Shown here: in pieces, positions 1 to 8,319 of the stretch
Numbering within the stretch: the first letter of the stretch is position 1
Layout of the letters: every line of letters begins with the position of its first letter
Assembly (NCBI GenBank): GCA_937913075.1
Contig: CALEPU010000233.1
Location: 1 to 37,421 of the forward strand
Length of the DNA stretch: 37,421 nt
Direction: 5' to 3'
Source: an uncultured Clostridia bacterium
GTDB lineage: Bacteria > Bacillota > Clostridia > Christensenellales > CAG-138
Position numbers and translations under genes: made by a program
Notes under the pieces: model-generated
Database searches by the model: none
Told to the model about the DNA's origin: nothing
What the model saw: the letters and a program-made list of their open reading frames with translations, nothing else

Positions 1-1132
1 CGTCGGAGAAGTACGCGGCAATCGACAAGCTCTCGGGATGCGCGTACACTTCCTGCGGAGTACCGATCTGCACGATCTTTCCCGCGTCCATGATTGCGAT
101 GCGGTCGGAGAGCGAAAGCGCCTCGTAGAGCACCGAACGCCGCACCTGCTTTTTCGTTGCGCCTATCGAGGAAAGCAGACCGAACTGCCTCGTGCGTTCC
201 GAAACGGATATGGAAAACGCGCTGTAAATGAGAGAGACGGAGCCTATGAAAATGAGTACGGAGAGTATTACGGCAAACGCGGTGAGCACATTTGTTATGT
301 TGCCGTATCTTGTTACTCCTTCGAGCATCAAAAGACCGCTGTGCTCCTGCCAGCCGAATTCGGTCAGCGCAGGATGCTCATTCATAAACGGGGTCAAATT
401 CTTTTTAGGCGAAACGAACCTCAACCAGCACTCGTAAACGCCTTCGTATGCCTGCGCCCCGCTCGCCTGCTCGTTATCATCAAGCGTCAGCACGGTATAG
501 CCCGGCGCGGAGAAGGGCTCGAAATCGGGGCGCCGGTAAGTGCCGACGACGGTATACTCCGCCATTCTTACATTCGTAAGCTCCTCCGAATAAACGCCGA
601 AGGAATGCTCCTGATAAAGCACGAAGCCATCCTCCTCTTCAAGCTCGGCAGCGACCCTCTGCCCAATATCGAGCCGCACTGTATCTCCTATATTATAAGC
701 GACGCCGCCGTTTGTCAGCAGGTGCTCGGGTATCAAAAGCTCGCTCCCGTTCTGCGGCAGCCTGCCCTTCGTGAGATGGACGGGCATAGCTTCAAAGAAT
801 TCGGAGTCTGCCGCAAGCACGAATATATACGGCTTGTATTCATTTGCGGAGTCTATCTCCGCGTAGCCTAAATCCTTTGCCGCCGCAACGTACTCCGCTC
901 TCGTATCGGATGCGGCTTCGGCAACGGCCTCGCCCGATACGTGCATGGCGTAGACATGGTAGCTGCCGCTCTGATATACCTCAGCCTCGCGCATATAGTT
1001 ATAGAGGCTGGTGCATATCGTTATTACCGCGGTGAACATGGCGGTCGAGAGTATTATGCCGATAACGGTCACGGCAGTTCGCACGCGGTTGAGCTTTAAT
1101 TCGCGCGAGGTGACGCGGTTCATTATATTCAT
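1..1132 (-). CDS. ABC transporter permease, FtsX/MacB type (N-terminal part; runs off the left edge)
   Basis: Hand translation of the minus strand from ATG 1132 (GAGGTG RBS, 9 nt after the ATPase stop) stays open to base 1. It reads MNIMNRVTSRELKLNRVRTAVTVIGIILSTAMF (TM1), then a ~230-aa soluble domain, then the FtsX motif SISVSERTRQFGLLSSIGATKKQVRR. It is absent from the ORF track because there is no stop in the window. The last ~35 codons do not look like FtsX (see findings). Confidence 0.8.
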   Translation of the reverse strand, partial: MNIMNRVTSRELKLNRVRTAVTVIGIILSTAMFTAVITICTSLYNYMREAEVYQSGSYHVYAMHVSGEAVAEAASDTRAEYVAAAKDLGYAEIDSANEYKPYIFVLAADSEFFEAMPVHLTKGRLPQNGSELLIPEHLLTNGGVAYNIGDTVRLDIGQRVAAELEEEDGFVLYQEHSFGVYSEELTNVRMAEYTVVGTYRRPDFEPFSAPGYTVLTLDDNEQASGAQAYEGVYECWLRFVSPKKNLTPFMNEHPALTEFGWQEHSGLLMLEGVTRYGNITNVLTAFAVILSVLIFIGSVSLIYSAFSISVSERTRQFGLLSSIGATKKQVRRSVLYEALSLSDRIAIMDAGKIVQIGTPQEVYAHPESLSIAAYFSD

Positions 1133-1140
1133 AACGCACC

Positions 1141-1821
1141 TCAGCCCAACCGCTCGTCCTTTGTTATGCGCCCGTCCTCTATGGCGATGATGCGCTTTGC
1201 CCTGAGCGCTATGCTCTCGTCATGGGTTATGACTATCAGGGTCTGACCGTACTCCTTGTTGAACATCTTTAAGAGATTTACTATCTGCTGGCTGTTTTGG
1301 GAGTCGAGGTTGCCCGTGGGCTCATCGGCTAAAACAATGCTCGGCGTGTTCATGAGCGCTCTGCCGATGGACACTCTCTGCTGCTGTCCGCCGGAAAGCT
1401 GGTTAGGCAGATGGTTCCTGCGATCCTTGAGCTCCAGGATATCAAGCAGCTCGTCAAGCCTCTGCTCGTTGACCTTTCTTCCGTCGAGCAGCACGGGCAG
1501 AGTCATATTCTCGGCAACGTTCAAAACCGGTATCAGATTATAAAACTGGTAGATAAGCCCAACGTCGCGCCTGCGGAATATGGCAAGCCTTTCGTCGCTG
1601 CCGGCGTAAACGTCCGTACCGTTGAGATAGACGTGACCCGAGGTGGGTCTGTCGACTCCGCCCAGTATATGCAGGAGCGTGGATTTGCCGCTGCCGGAGG
1701 GACCCACGATCGCAACAAAATCGCCTTTTTCAACGCTGAAGCTGACGCCGTCCAGCGCACGCACGGTGTTGTCGCCCGTGCCGTAGACCTTTCGGAGGTC
1801 TTCCACCTTTAATATTTCCAT
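1141..1821 (-). CDS. ABC transporter ATP-binding protein (MacB/BceA-like)
   Basis: Walker [10 protein letters not shown], signature LSGGQQQRV, Walker [10 protein letters not shown]-loop ITHD. RBS GGGAGAGG lies upstream of the ATG. Confidence 0.93.
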   Translation of the reverse strand: MEILKVEDLRKVYGTGDNTVRALDGVSFSVEKGDFVAIVGPSGSGKSTLLHILGGVDRPTSGHVYLNGTDVYAGSDERLAIFRRRDVGLIYQFYNLIPVLNVAENMTLPVLLDGRKVNEQRLDELLDILELKDRRNHLPNQLSGGQQQRVSIGRALMNTPSIVLADEPTGNLDSQNSQQIVNLLKMFNKEYGQTLIVITHDESIALRAKRIIAIEDGRITKDERLG

Positions 1822-1864
1822 AATACCTCTCCCTTTTCATGCTTAGTATCAGGTTTATGGCGTA

Positions 1865-1918
1865 ATTATAGCCTGTCAAGGTGACAGGCGGGTGACTGCA
1901 AGATTACAGTTCTGTCAC
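1865..1918 (-). promoter_or_regulatory. Candidate regulator-dependent promoter of the ABC operon
   Basis: On the minus strand there is a TATAAT (rc of 1865-1870) with a poor -35 (CCCGCC). Palindrome CCTGTCA-agg-TGACAGG (1872-1888) sits immediately upstream, and inverted repeat GTGAC(1892-1896)...GTCAC(1914-1918) lies further upstream. This layout fits an OmpR-type activator site. Confidence 0.35.
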
Positions 1919-1926
1919 AATAGCTT

Positions 1927-2925
1927 TTACAAGACCGATTTATAGATGCGAACGGTGAATTTTGCGCCGCCCTCAGCGGCGTTTTCGGCTTTAACGGAGC
2001 CGTTATGCTTTGAGACGATCGTTCGGCACAGCGCAAGACCGATGCCGACGCTGCCCTCTTTTGAGTTGCCGCCCTTATAAAAGCGCTCAAAAATATGGGG
2101 AAGGTCCTCCTTGGCGATACCTGCGCCGGTATCCCTGACTGTTATCTCGGAATAGAGCGGGTTTTCATGCGCTTTAATATAGATGCTGCCGTTTTGCATA
2201 TGCTCCGAGCAGTTTTTGATAATATTGGCAAGCGCCTCCGAAAGCCATGAAGGATCGCAGTACACGCTGCCGGAAGCCTCGACCTCCGCCCGCTGACCCG
2301 AAAGCTCCATCAATATCGCCACCGGCTCCAACGCCTCGGATATGACCTCGGCAATCGGGACCTGTCTCATGCTCATGGAGACGGAATCGGCGTCCAGCCT
2401 CGCAAGCTTTAACAAGGACGATATCAGCCTGTCGATCCGAGAAAGCTGACGGTGCATATCGCGTATGCCCTCTGCTCGCTTCTCCTCTGTAATATCGGGC
2501 TTGGCAAGCGCTGCAAGCAGCAAATTCATCGCGGTGAGCGGGGTGCGTATCTGGTGCGAGATATCGGCAATGGAGTCGGCAAGGAGCTGCTTGTCATTTT
2601 TCAGCTCGCCCGCCTGCTCGCGCAGCTTGACGGTGAGCTTTGCAAGCTCATTCTGCAATATGGCAAGCTCGCCCTCGGTGTAGAGCGAAAGGTCTATCCC
2701 CTCCGCTCCTGCAAGTATTCGGTCGAGGCTGTTTGACAGCTCCGCCATGCTGCGGTAACGCCTTGCGGCGGCTATCAAAAAAACCGCCATGGAGCAAAGC
2801 ATAAGCAACGCGCAAACTACTGCGCAGCGCGTATCTAAAAAAAGGCAAACGCATACAGCCGCCGCGCCGCAAAGCAGCATTGCGGCACACACACGCCGTA
2901 TCTCCTTGTTTTTAAAAAGCTTCAT
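1927..2925 (-). CDS. Sensor histidine kinase, intramembrane-sensing (BceS-like)
   Basis: Two N-terminal TM helices with almost no extracellular loop. H-box SHQIRTPLTAM, N-box NIIKNCSEH, G-boxes DTGAGI and GIGLALC. The start overlaps the RR stop (ATGA). Confidence 0.9.
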   Translation of the reverse strand: MKLFKNKEIRRVCAAMLLCGAAAVCVCLFLDTRCAVVCALLMLCSMAVFLIAAARRYRSMAELSNSLDRILAGAEGIDLSLYTEGELAILQNELAKLTVKLREQAGELKNDKQLLADSIADISHQIRTPLTAMNLLLAALAKPDITEEKRAEGIRDMHRQLSRIDRLISSLLKLARLDADSVSMSMRQVPIAEVISEALEPVAILMELSGQRAEVEASGSVYCDPSWLSEALANIIKNCSEHMQNGSIYIKAHENPLYSEITVRDTGAGIAKEDLPHIFERFYKGGNSKEGSVGIGLALCRTIVSKHNGSVKAENAAEGGAKFTVRIYKSVL

Positions 2926-3593
2926 TCGCCGAGCCTGTATCCCATGCTTCGCACTGTTTTTATTATGATCGGATCGCGCGGATCGTCCTCAAGCTTGTCC
3001 CTCAGTCTTTTTATATAGACCGTGAGCGTGTTGTCGTTTACAAAGTCGCCGCCCGCATCCCAAATATAAGCGAGGAGCTGTGCTCTTGTTAAAGTCCTGC
3101 CCCTGTTATTGATCAGGGCGAGCAGCAGCCTGTATTCCAGCGCAGAGAGGAATACCTCTTCTCCGTTTTTTGTAACTGCCGCTTTTTCGATATCGACCCT
3201 GACGCCGCCCATTTCAAATGTCTGCTGTGCCTTGCCGTACCTGCGGAGCACCGTGCGCATACGCGATACAAGCTCCCTCGGTCGGAATGGCTTTGCTATA
3301 TAGTCGTCCGCGCCAAGCTCCAAGCCTGCAACGACGCTGTGCTCGTCGCCCGAGGCAGTAAGGAATATCACAGGGATATCACGCATGCCCTTTATCGCGG
3401 AGCAGACAACGAACCCGCTGCCGTCGCCGAGGGCGATATCCAGCAGCACTATATCGATCTCGTTTTCGGAAAAGAGCTTTATTGCCCGCTCCTGCCCATT
3501 GGCTGTCAGGCACAAAAAGCCCTCTCCCGCAAGATAATCCGAAAGCGCCTTTACTATTGCGCCGTCATCCTCAACTATCAATACACGCGTCAT
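2922..3593 (-). CDS. Response regulator, OmpR/PhoB family
   Basis: Receiver domain (VLIVEDD...DIVLLDI...) plus a winged-helix C-terminus (YRLLLALINNRGRTLTRAQLL...TLTVYIKRLRDKLE...IKTVRSMGYRL). Confidence 0.93.
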   Translation of the reverse strand: MTRVLIVEDDGAIVKALSDYLAGEGFLCLTANGQERAIKLFSENEIDIVLLDIALGDGSGFVVCSAIKGMRDIPVIFLTASGDEHSVVAGLELGADDYIAKPFRPRELVSRMRTVLRRYGKAQQTFEMGGVRVDIEKAAVTKNGEEVFLSALEYRLLLALINNRGRTLTRAQLLAYIWDAGGDFVNDNTLTVYIKRLRDKLEDDPRDPIIIKTVRSMGYRLGE

Positions 3594-3651
3594 TTTCCTT
3601 CCCTCGCTCAGGCATGTGCTGACTATATTATATCGTCAGCCGAGCGTTATT

Positions 3652-4365
3652 TCAAGGCATACGCGGCAGCCCCTCGCGCGAAAGCGCCTTTTGCAGACCT
3701 TCCAGCGCCTTTTTCTCGATACGCGAAACATAGGATCTTGATATGCCGAGCCTTTTGCCGACCTCTCTTTGTGGCAGCGGGTCGCCGCCGTCGAGCCCGA
3801 AGCGCAGTATTATCACCTGCTTCTCCCGCTCATCGCGCACAGCATCCACGACCCTGCGCATACGCTCGATATCTATTCGGCGCTCAACGTCCTCGGCGAC
3901 GTCGCCTTCCGCGCTCAAAACGTCGCCAACGGTTATTTCGTTGCCGTCACGGTCGCAGCCTATGGGCTCTTCAAGGCTCACCTCCCCCGTCCTCTTGCGC
4001 TCCTGCCGCAGTGCCATCAATATTTCATTTTCGATACAGCGTCCGGCATAGGCGGCGAGCGACTTGCCGCGTGATGGGCTGAAAGTATTGACCGCCTTTA
4101 TAAGTCCAATGGAGCCTATTGAGATGAGGTCGTCGATATCCCTGCCGTGACGGTACTTTTTGGCTATATGGGCAACGAGACGCAGGTTATGCTCGATGAG
4201 CGTATCGCGCACGGCTGCACGGTCTTTTTCGTCGCCGCCTAAAAGAATGGCGGTCAGCCTCTCCTCCTCGGAAGGGTCGAGCTTTTTAGGCAGACCGCTG
4301 CGCTCGTGCACGCATCCGGCAAAAACAAAAATGCTCCTCAAAAAATCCCACAACGCAGCCAGCAT
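3652..4365 (-). CDS. sigK: Sporulation sigma factor, SigK-like (pro-sigma with N-terminal leader)
   Basis: LIEHNLRLVAHIAKKY, DLISIGSIGLIKAVNTF, RCIENEILMALR, EPIGCDRDGNEITVGDVL and ISRSYVSRIEKKAL all match sigma-70 group-3 sporulation sigmas. The LVAHI.KK and PIG.D..GNEI motifs and the hydrophobic pro-sequence favour SigK over SigE. The ORF is uninterrupted. Confidence 0.7.
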   Translation of the reverse strand: MLAALWDFLRSIFVFAGCVHERSGLPKKLDPSEEERLTAILLGGDEKDRAAVRDTLIEHNLRLVAHIAKKYRHGRDIDDLISIGSIGLIKAVNTFSPSRGKSLAAYAGRCIENEILMALRQERKRTGEVSLEEPIGCDRDGNEITVGDVLSAEGDVAEDVERRIDIERMRRVVDAVRDEREKQVIILRFGLDGGDPLPQREVGKRLGISRSYVSRIEKKALEGLQKALSREGLPRMP

Positions 4366-4720
4366 AACTTATTGCCTCCCAATTATACTGGCAAATAATA
4401 TGCGGCATTTTGCCGAAAAATGCGGGTGGTGCAGGCATTGTGGTCTTGACCTTATACTTTTAATGCTGTTCTTTTCAATGATTATATCTTCAAAGCAAAT
4501 GCAAGCAGCTGTTGCATTAAGTATTTATTTGAGGCAAAGCTCATAAAAACAAACATGGTGCAATTTTGAACGAGCCATATTGATCTCCATCATCCGCGAT
4601 AAGACCTCTCTCAATAAGCTCAACGAGAATGCGGACGTCGGCAAGGACGCCGTCTATCCCGCGCCCTTTGGATTAAGTACCTTTTGACCATATCGCTCGC
4701 GTTGTTGAAATATGCCGTGT

Positions 4721-4749
4721 TTGCAAACAGGGGAACGGCATGGTATAAT
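4721..4749 (+). promoter_or_regulatory. Candidate sigma-A promoter for the DUF362 gene
   Basis: TTGCAA (4721-4726), 17-nt spacer, TGg-TATAAT (extended -10, 4741-4749), about 30 nt upstream of the TTG start at 4780. Confidence 0.45.
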
Positions 4750-4779
4750 TGCGTAAAATCCATATAAGGGGTGAGATAA

Positions 4780-5892
4780 TTGAGCTCTGAGGTTTATTTT
4801 ACCGACATGCACGTTGACATGAGCGACAGCCTGCTGGAAAAATTCCTGCGGCTTATAAAGGCTGCGGGCATTGACAGCATAGATTTCAAGGACAAATACG
4901 TTGCGGTAAAGCTGCATTTCGGTGAGGTCGGCAACATGGCGTTCCTGCGCCAGCAGTATGCGCGCGTGCTCTGCGACCACATAAAGCAGAGAGGCGGCAA
5001 GCCCTTCCTTACCGACTGCAACACTCTCTACATCGGCTACCGCAACAACGCGCTCGACCATCTTGACGCCGCATATATGAACGGCTACAATCCTCTCGCA
5101 ACCGGCGTGCACACTATAATCGCCGACGGTCTGAGAGGCACGGACGAGCGGCTTATCCCCGTTGAGGGCGGCGAATACATAAAAGAAGCGAAGATCGGCG
5201 CCGCCATTGCCGAGGCGGATATCATTATTTCGCTCACACATTTCAAGGGACACGTAAACGCCGGCTTCGGCGGAGCTTTGAAGAATATCGGCATGGGCGC
5301 AGGCTCTAAGAAGGGTAAAATGGAAATGCACTCCAGCGGCACTCCGCGGATCAACACGAAGAAGTGCATCGGCTGCGGTATGTGCGTCAGGAACTGCAAC
5401 AACGACGGTGTGCACGTTATCGAGCGAAAAGCCGTTATCGACGAGGAGCATTGCCTCGGATGCGGCTACTGCATCGCCTACTGTCCCAAGGGCGCTATAA
5501 TGACCAAGTGGGACGAAGCAAAGCCCGTGATGAACAAAAAGATCGCCGAGTACACAAAGGCGGTGCTTGCCGGCAAGCCATCCTTCCATATCAGCATGGT
5601 AATTGACGTTTCGCCCGAGTGCGACTGCGACAGCTGTAACGATATTCCCGTGGTGCCTGACGTTGGCATGTTTGCCTCTTTCGATCCCGTCGCTATAGAT
5701 CAAGCCTGCGTGGACAAGGTAAACTCCTCCCCCATCGTCCCCGGCAGCGCAGCCGACGCTCCCGGCAAACACGAGGGTCATAACGACGTGTTCCGCCTCG
5801 TCCATCCCGATACCGATTGGGCGGCAGGGCTCGCCCATGGCGAGAAGATAGGTATCGGTACGAGGGAATATGAGCTTGTGAACGTGAAATAA
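4780..5892 (+). CDS. DUF362-domain protein with a 4Fe-4S dicluster insert
   Basis: N-terminus typical of DUF362 (VAVKLHFGE...FLTDCNTLY). Two ferredoxin motifs, CIGCGMCVRNC and CLGCGYCIAYCP. TTG start preceded by AAGGGG. Confidence 0.85.
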   Translation: MSSEVYFTDMHVDMSDSLLEKFLRLIKAAGIDSIDFKDKYVAVKLHFGEVGNMAFLRQQYARVLCDHIKQRGGKPFLTDCNTLYIGYRNNALDHLDAAYMNGYNPLATGVHTIIADGLRGTDERLIPVEGGEYIKEAKIGAAIAEADIIISLTHFKGHVNAGFGGALKNIGMGAGSKKGKMEMHSSGTPRINTKKCIGCGMCVRNCNNDGVHVIERKAVIDEEHCLGCGYCIAYCPKGAIMTKWDEAKPVMNKKIAEYTKAVLAGKPSFHISMVIDVSPECDCDSCNDIPVVPDVGMFASFDPVAIDQACVDKVNSSPIVPGSAADAPGKHEGHNDVFRLVHPDTDWAAGLAHGEKIGIGTREYELVNVK

Positions 5893-5903
5893 CAGGATAA
5901 AAC

Positions 5904-5936
5904 AAAAGAGAGCTTCCCGCAAGGGCGCTCTCTTTT
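5904..5936. terminator. Bidirectional hairpin between convergent genes
   Basis: AAAAGAGAGC (5904-5913) pairs with GCTCTCTTTT (5927-5936). The inner part is CCC-GCAA-GGG. There is an A-run on one side and a T-run on the other. Confidence 0.6.
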
Positions 5937-5947
5937 CATAATTAAAA

Positions 5948-6700
5948 TCACTGCTTTTCGGGATAATACTTCCTCCGCGAGCAGAACAGGGCTATTGTAT
6001 ATGCCGCGGCGGCAAAGAGGTCGGCGACAGCGGAGACTATCATATAGATGCCCATCCTGCGCTCCATACCGCCGTAACTGAGCCTTCGCCAATCAAAGCC
6101 GAAAAAGTTGGTGAAGAAGCCGATCAGGGCTATCACGAGGAATATTATGGCGATAACGACCGTGCGGGGCTTGGCGGCGGTGCCGACGGTATAGAGCACC
6201 GTCGGCAGCAGCGTAAACAGCAGGAAGGTTGTAAGCTGGCTGCGGAAAATGCCGCTGCTCGCGCCGTTATTCGCAAGCATGATCAATGATAAGACAGCCG
6301 CCAGCAGGGCGATCCAGCGCGGTATGGCGGTGACTACGGGAACGCGCCTTGTGGGTACGAAGAAGAGTATCATTGCCAGAAGCGGGACGAAAACATTGAT
6401 CGCAGTCTGAAAGACTATACCGCCGAGGTTCACGCCGAAGTAGCGCATGTTGCCGATATCCAACACTTGCGCCGCAATATACAGGACGAGCGCGACCGCC
6501 ATCAGTATGCCGATGACGGGCGGCCAAGTAATCCGCGATACGGTGGGCTGATCCACACGTTGATGCTGAGTATAGCCCTGCGGGGGCATATTGGCAGCGG
6601 CATACTGCCCGGGAGCGGGAGCCGCGTTCAGCATATTGCCGCAGTTGCCGCAGAATTTAGCGCCATCGGGAAGCGCGGCGCCGCATTTCTTACAATACAT
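5948..6700 (-). CDS. Zinc-ribbon membrane protein (unknown function)
   Basis: N-terminal CKKCG...CGNCG zinc ribbon, a Pro/Gln-rich linker, then about 6 hydrophobic helices. Confidence 0.75.
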   Translation of the reverse strand: MYCKKCGAALPDGAKFCGNCGNMLNAAPAPGQYAAANMPPQGYTQHQRVDQPTVSRITWPPVIGILMAVALVLYIAAQVLDIGNMRYFGVNLGGIVFQTAINVFVPLLAMILFFVPTRRVPVVTAIPRWIALLAAVLSLIMLANNGASSGIFRSQLTTFLLFTLLPTVLYTVGTAAKPRTVVIAIIFLVIALIGFFTNFFGFDWRRLSYGGMERRMGIYMIVSAVADLFAAAAYTIALFCSRRKYYPEKQ

Positions 6701-6878
6701 TTTTCCTCCTTCTGCGCCAAAAGCTGCGCATGCTGCAAATCTACGCGCCTATTTTATCACCCCGCAAGCACGCAGTCAATCAGGAAAACAGGCGTGCTCC
6801 GCCCCCTCTGTTCGGTTTTTTCGGCAAAGGTGCAAAAAATATATTTAAGCTGAAAGCCTGATTTTATCGGTTCGGGTA

Positions 6879-6907
6879 GTGACACCGCCGCAAAAATCTG
6901 TTATAAT
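6879..6907 (+). promoter_or_regulatory. Candidate promoter of the tRNA pair
   Basis: GTGACA (6879-6884), 17-nt spacer, TGt-TATAAT (6899-6907). The tRNA starts 6 nt downstream. Confidence 0.5.
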
Positions 6908-6912
6908 AACTA

Positions 6913-6988
6913 ACTGTGCAAGCCAATGTAGCTCAGTTGGTAGAGCAGCGCATTCGTAATGCGCAGGTCCAGGGTTCGAGTCCCTGCA
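6913..6988 (+). tRNA. tRNA-Thr (anticodon CGU), CCA encoded
   Basis: Cloverleaf folded by hand: acceptor GCCAATG/CATTGGC, D arm GCTC/GAGC, anticodon stem GCGCA/TGCGC with loop TTCGTAA, T arm CAGGG-TTCGAGT-CCCTG. Confidence 0.9.
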
Positions 6989-7056
6989 TTGGCTCCATCT
7001 TTTTTATGAGCGGAGTGAGCCTTTGGCTTAGCCGCTCGATTAGTTAAAGGACATAT

Positions 7057-7133
7057 CGGGGTGTAGCGCAGTTCGGTAGCGCGCCTGGTTCGGGACCAGG
7101 AGGTCGCGAGTTCAAATCTCGCCGCTCCGACCA
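7057..7133 (+). tRNA. tRNA-Pro (anticodon CGG), CCA encoded; its 3' part is the prophage attachment core
   Basis: Acceptor CGGGGTG/CGCTCCG, anticodon stem CCTGG/CCAGG with loop TTCGGGA, T arm GCGAG-TTCAAAT-CTCGC. Confidence 0.9.
7089..7133 (+). repeat. attL core (45 bp; tRNA-Pro anticodon loop to CCA)
   Basis: TTCGGGACCAGGAGGTCGCGAGTTCAAATCTCGCCGCTCCGACCA is identical to 36673-36717. After one mismatch the next 12 nt (CAAAAAAGCCTT) also match. Confidence 0.88.
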
Positions 7134-7139
7134 ACAAAA

Positions 7140-7178
7140 AAGCCTTGATTTTCAAAAGAAAATCGGGGCTTCTTTTTT
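7140..7178 (+). terminator. Intrinsic terminator after tRNA-Pro (phage-supplied)
   Basis: 14-bp stem AAGCCTTGATTTTC / GAAAATCGGGGCTT with an AAAA loop, followed by CTTTTTT. It also sits just after the convergent int gene. Confidence 0.7.
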
Positions 7179-7183
7179 ATTCT

Positions 7184-8311
7184 CTATTCAAAAAATGCTG
7201 TACTGTTTGGCAACTTTCTGGCAACTTTTGTTTTTTCGTCCTCAGTCTTTTCTGCAAAAGCGGCCTTCACCTGAGCCGCTCCTTTCTTCACCTTCCGGCT
7301 GCGCTCTATGTCCGTATAGATCTTCAAAGTGGTGGATGGATCCGCATGCCCCATCGCCCTGGAGGCCGTGAGCACGTCGACGCCGGCGTCGTATAACACC
7401 GTCGCAAAATTGTTCCTGAACGTCCTCGCGGTCACGTCCTCGGCGCCGATGAGTTCTCTCACAGCCTTCCAGCGACGCTTATACGTCGCTTCCGGAAGCG
7501 CCTTCATGGGATCCGTCGGCGCATGAACGACATAGCTTTCACGTGGGCCCTTGTTCTCTTCAAGAATCTCCCGGAGCTCCGGCACGATAGGAATATCCCT
7601 CTTCGCGTTCGGCGTCTTCAGCGTATCAAGCACATTCTCTTTCCAGTCGAAATCCCTCCGGACGCGGATCACGTCGTTCTTCAGGTCGACCTCTTTCCAT
7701 TGGAGCCCGATGAGTTCTCCCCTTCTCATCCCCGTGTAGAACAGAAGCGCCGTCAATAAGGGCTCTATTTTGCGTTCTGCGACGTTTCTTTTGAGAATAG
7801 CCATTTCCTCAGGCGTAAAGGCGCGATTGTGTCTACGCTCAGGCAGGCGCACCACACAGGCCGCTGTGACGTCTCTGTCAATGTACCCCTCTGCGACGGC
7901 TGCCGCGAAGGATCTCCGGAGGACGCCCATCACGTTTGTATGGATGGAGCGGCACTTCCCGGCGCAGGCGTTCACGCAGCTCTGAATATCGGCGAGGGAA
8001 ATCGCCCGGAGCTGCTTATCCCGGAGATGAGGAAAGATATAGCGATCTATCTGGCTCCGGATGTCCTCCGCCGTTGCCGGCTTCTGTCCCGGGGCGATCG
8101 AGTGATCAAAGTATTGATAGATCCAATCCGTGGCGAGGACGTTCCGCCGCTCAGAAGCGACGCCGTCCCTGTACTCCGCGAGGATCCTCTGCCGGTTCTG
8201 CTCCAGCTCCTTCTTCGTGGAGCCTTGGATCCATTTTACAATGTTTCGGCCGTCCGCTCGTTGTCCTACAACAACCTTCGAGCGGTAGCGGCCGTCTTTT
8301 TGTTTATTCAT
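7184..8311 (-). CDS. int: Tyrosine recombinase / phage integrase with an N-terminal arm-binding domain
   Basis: Box I is YTGMRRGEL, box II is RTFRNNFAT...MGHADPSTTLKIYTD (R..R, H, catalytic Y). The N-terminus DGRYRSKVVVG...GSTKKE is typical of arm-DNA-binding domains. RBS GAGGTGA. Confidence 0.95.
   Translation of the reverse strand: MNKQKDGRYRSKVVVGQRADGRNIVKWIQGSTKKELEQNRQRILAEYRDGVASERRNVLATDWIYQYFDHSIAPGQKPATAEDIRSQIDRYIFPHLRDKQLRAISLADIQSCVNACAGKCRSIHTNVMGVLRRSFAAAVAEGYIDRDVTAACVVRLPERRHNRAFTPEEMAILKRNVAERKIEPLLTALLFYTGMRRGELIGLQWKEVDLKNDVIRVRRDFDWKENVLDTLKTPNAKRDIPIVPELREILEENKGPRESYVVHAPTDPMKALPEATYKRRWKAVRELIGAEDVTARTFRNNFATVLYDAGVDVLTASRAMGHADPSTTLKIYTDIERSRKVKKGAAQVKAAFAEKTEDEKTKVARKLPNSTAFFE
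7209..7229 (+). repeat. Direct repeat GGCAACTT x2, 11-bp register (candidate arm-type Int site, P' arm)
   Basis: GGCAACTTTCTGGCAACTTTT lies 76 bp from the core, inside the int 3' end. The two copies are read in different codon phases. Confidence 0.35.
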
Positions 8312-8319
8312 AGATCACC

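Noticed and set aside
3652-4365. The possibility that the nearby prophage is a skin-like element interrupting sigK.
   Set aside because: The sigK-like ORF is continuous from the pro-sequence to region 4.2. The prophage is inserted about 2.7 kb away in tRNA-Pro, not in sigK.
4546-4680. An open frame with no start codon (ISIIRDKTSLNKLNENADVGKDAVYPAPFGLSTF) upstream of the DUF362 gene, possibly a gene remnant.
   Set aside because: It is too short and has no motif. A pseudogene call cannot be supported without a homology search.
4654-5922. A 422-aa minus-strand ORF opposite the DUF362 gene. Similar long antisense ORFs occur at 38-871(+), 3339-4082(+), 10437-11534(-), 11635-12450(-), 15750-16484(-), 24580-25578(-), 26035-27306(-) and 29754-30476(-).
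   Set aside because: These are shadow ORFs typical of GC-rich DNA. Their products are Arg/Ala/Gly-rich with no motifs and no RBS, and the opposite strand carries genes with clear family signatures.
6910-7155. ORFs translated across the tRNA genes or the att core: 6910-7155(-), 36587-36808(-) and 36609-36953(+).
   Set aside because: They run through tRNA sequence (the GAARFELATSWSR-type peptide is the usual antisense-tRNA artefact) or through the antisense of the integrase. They are not coding.
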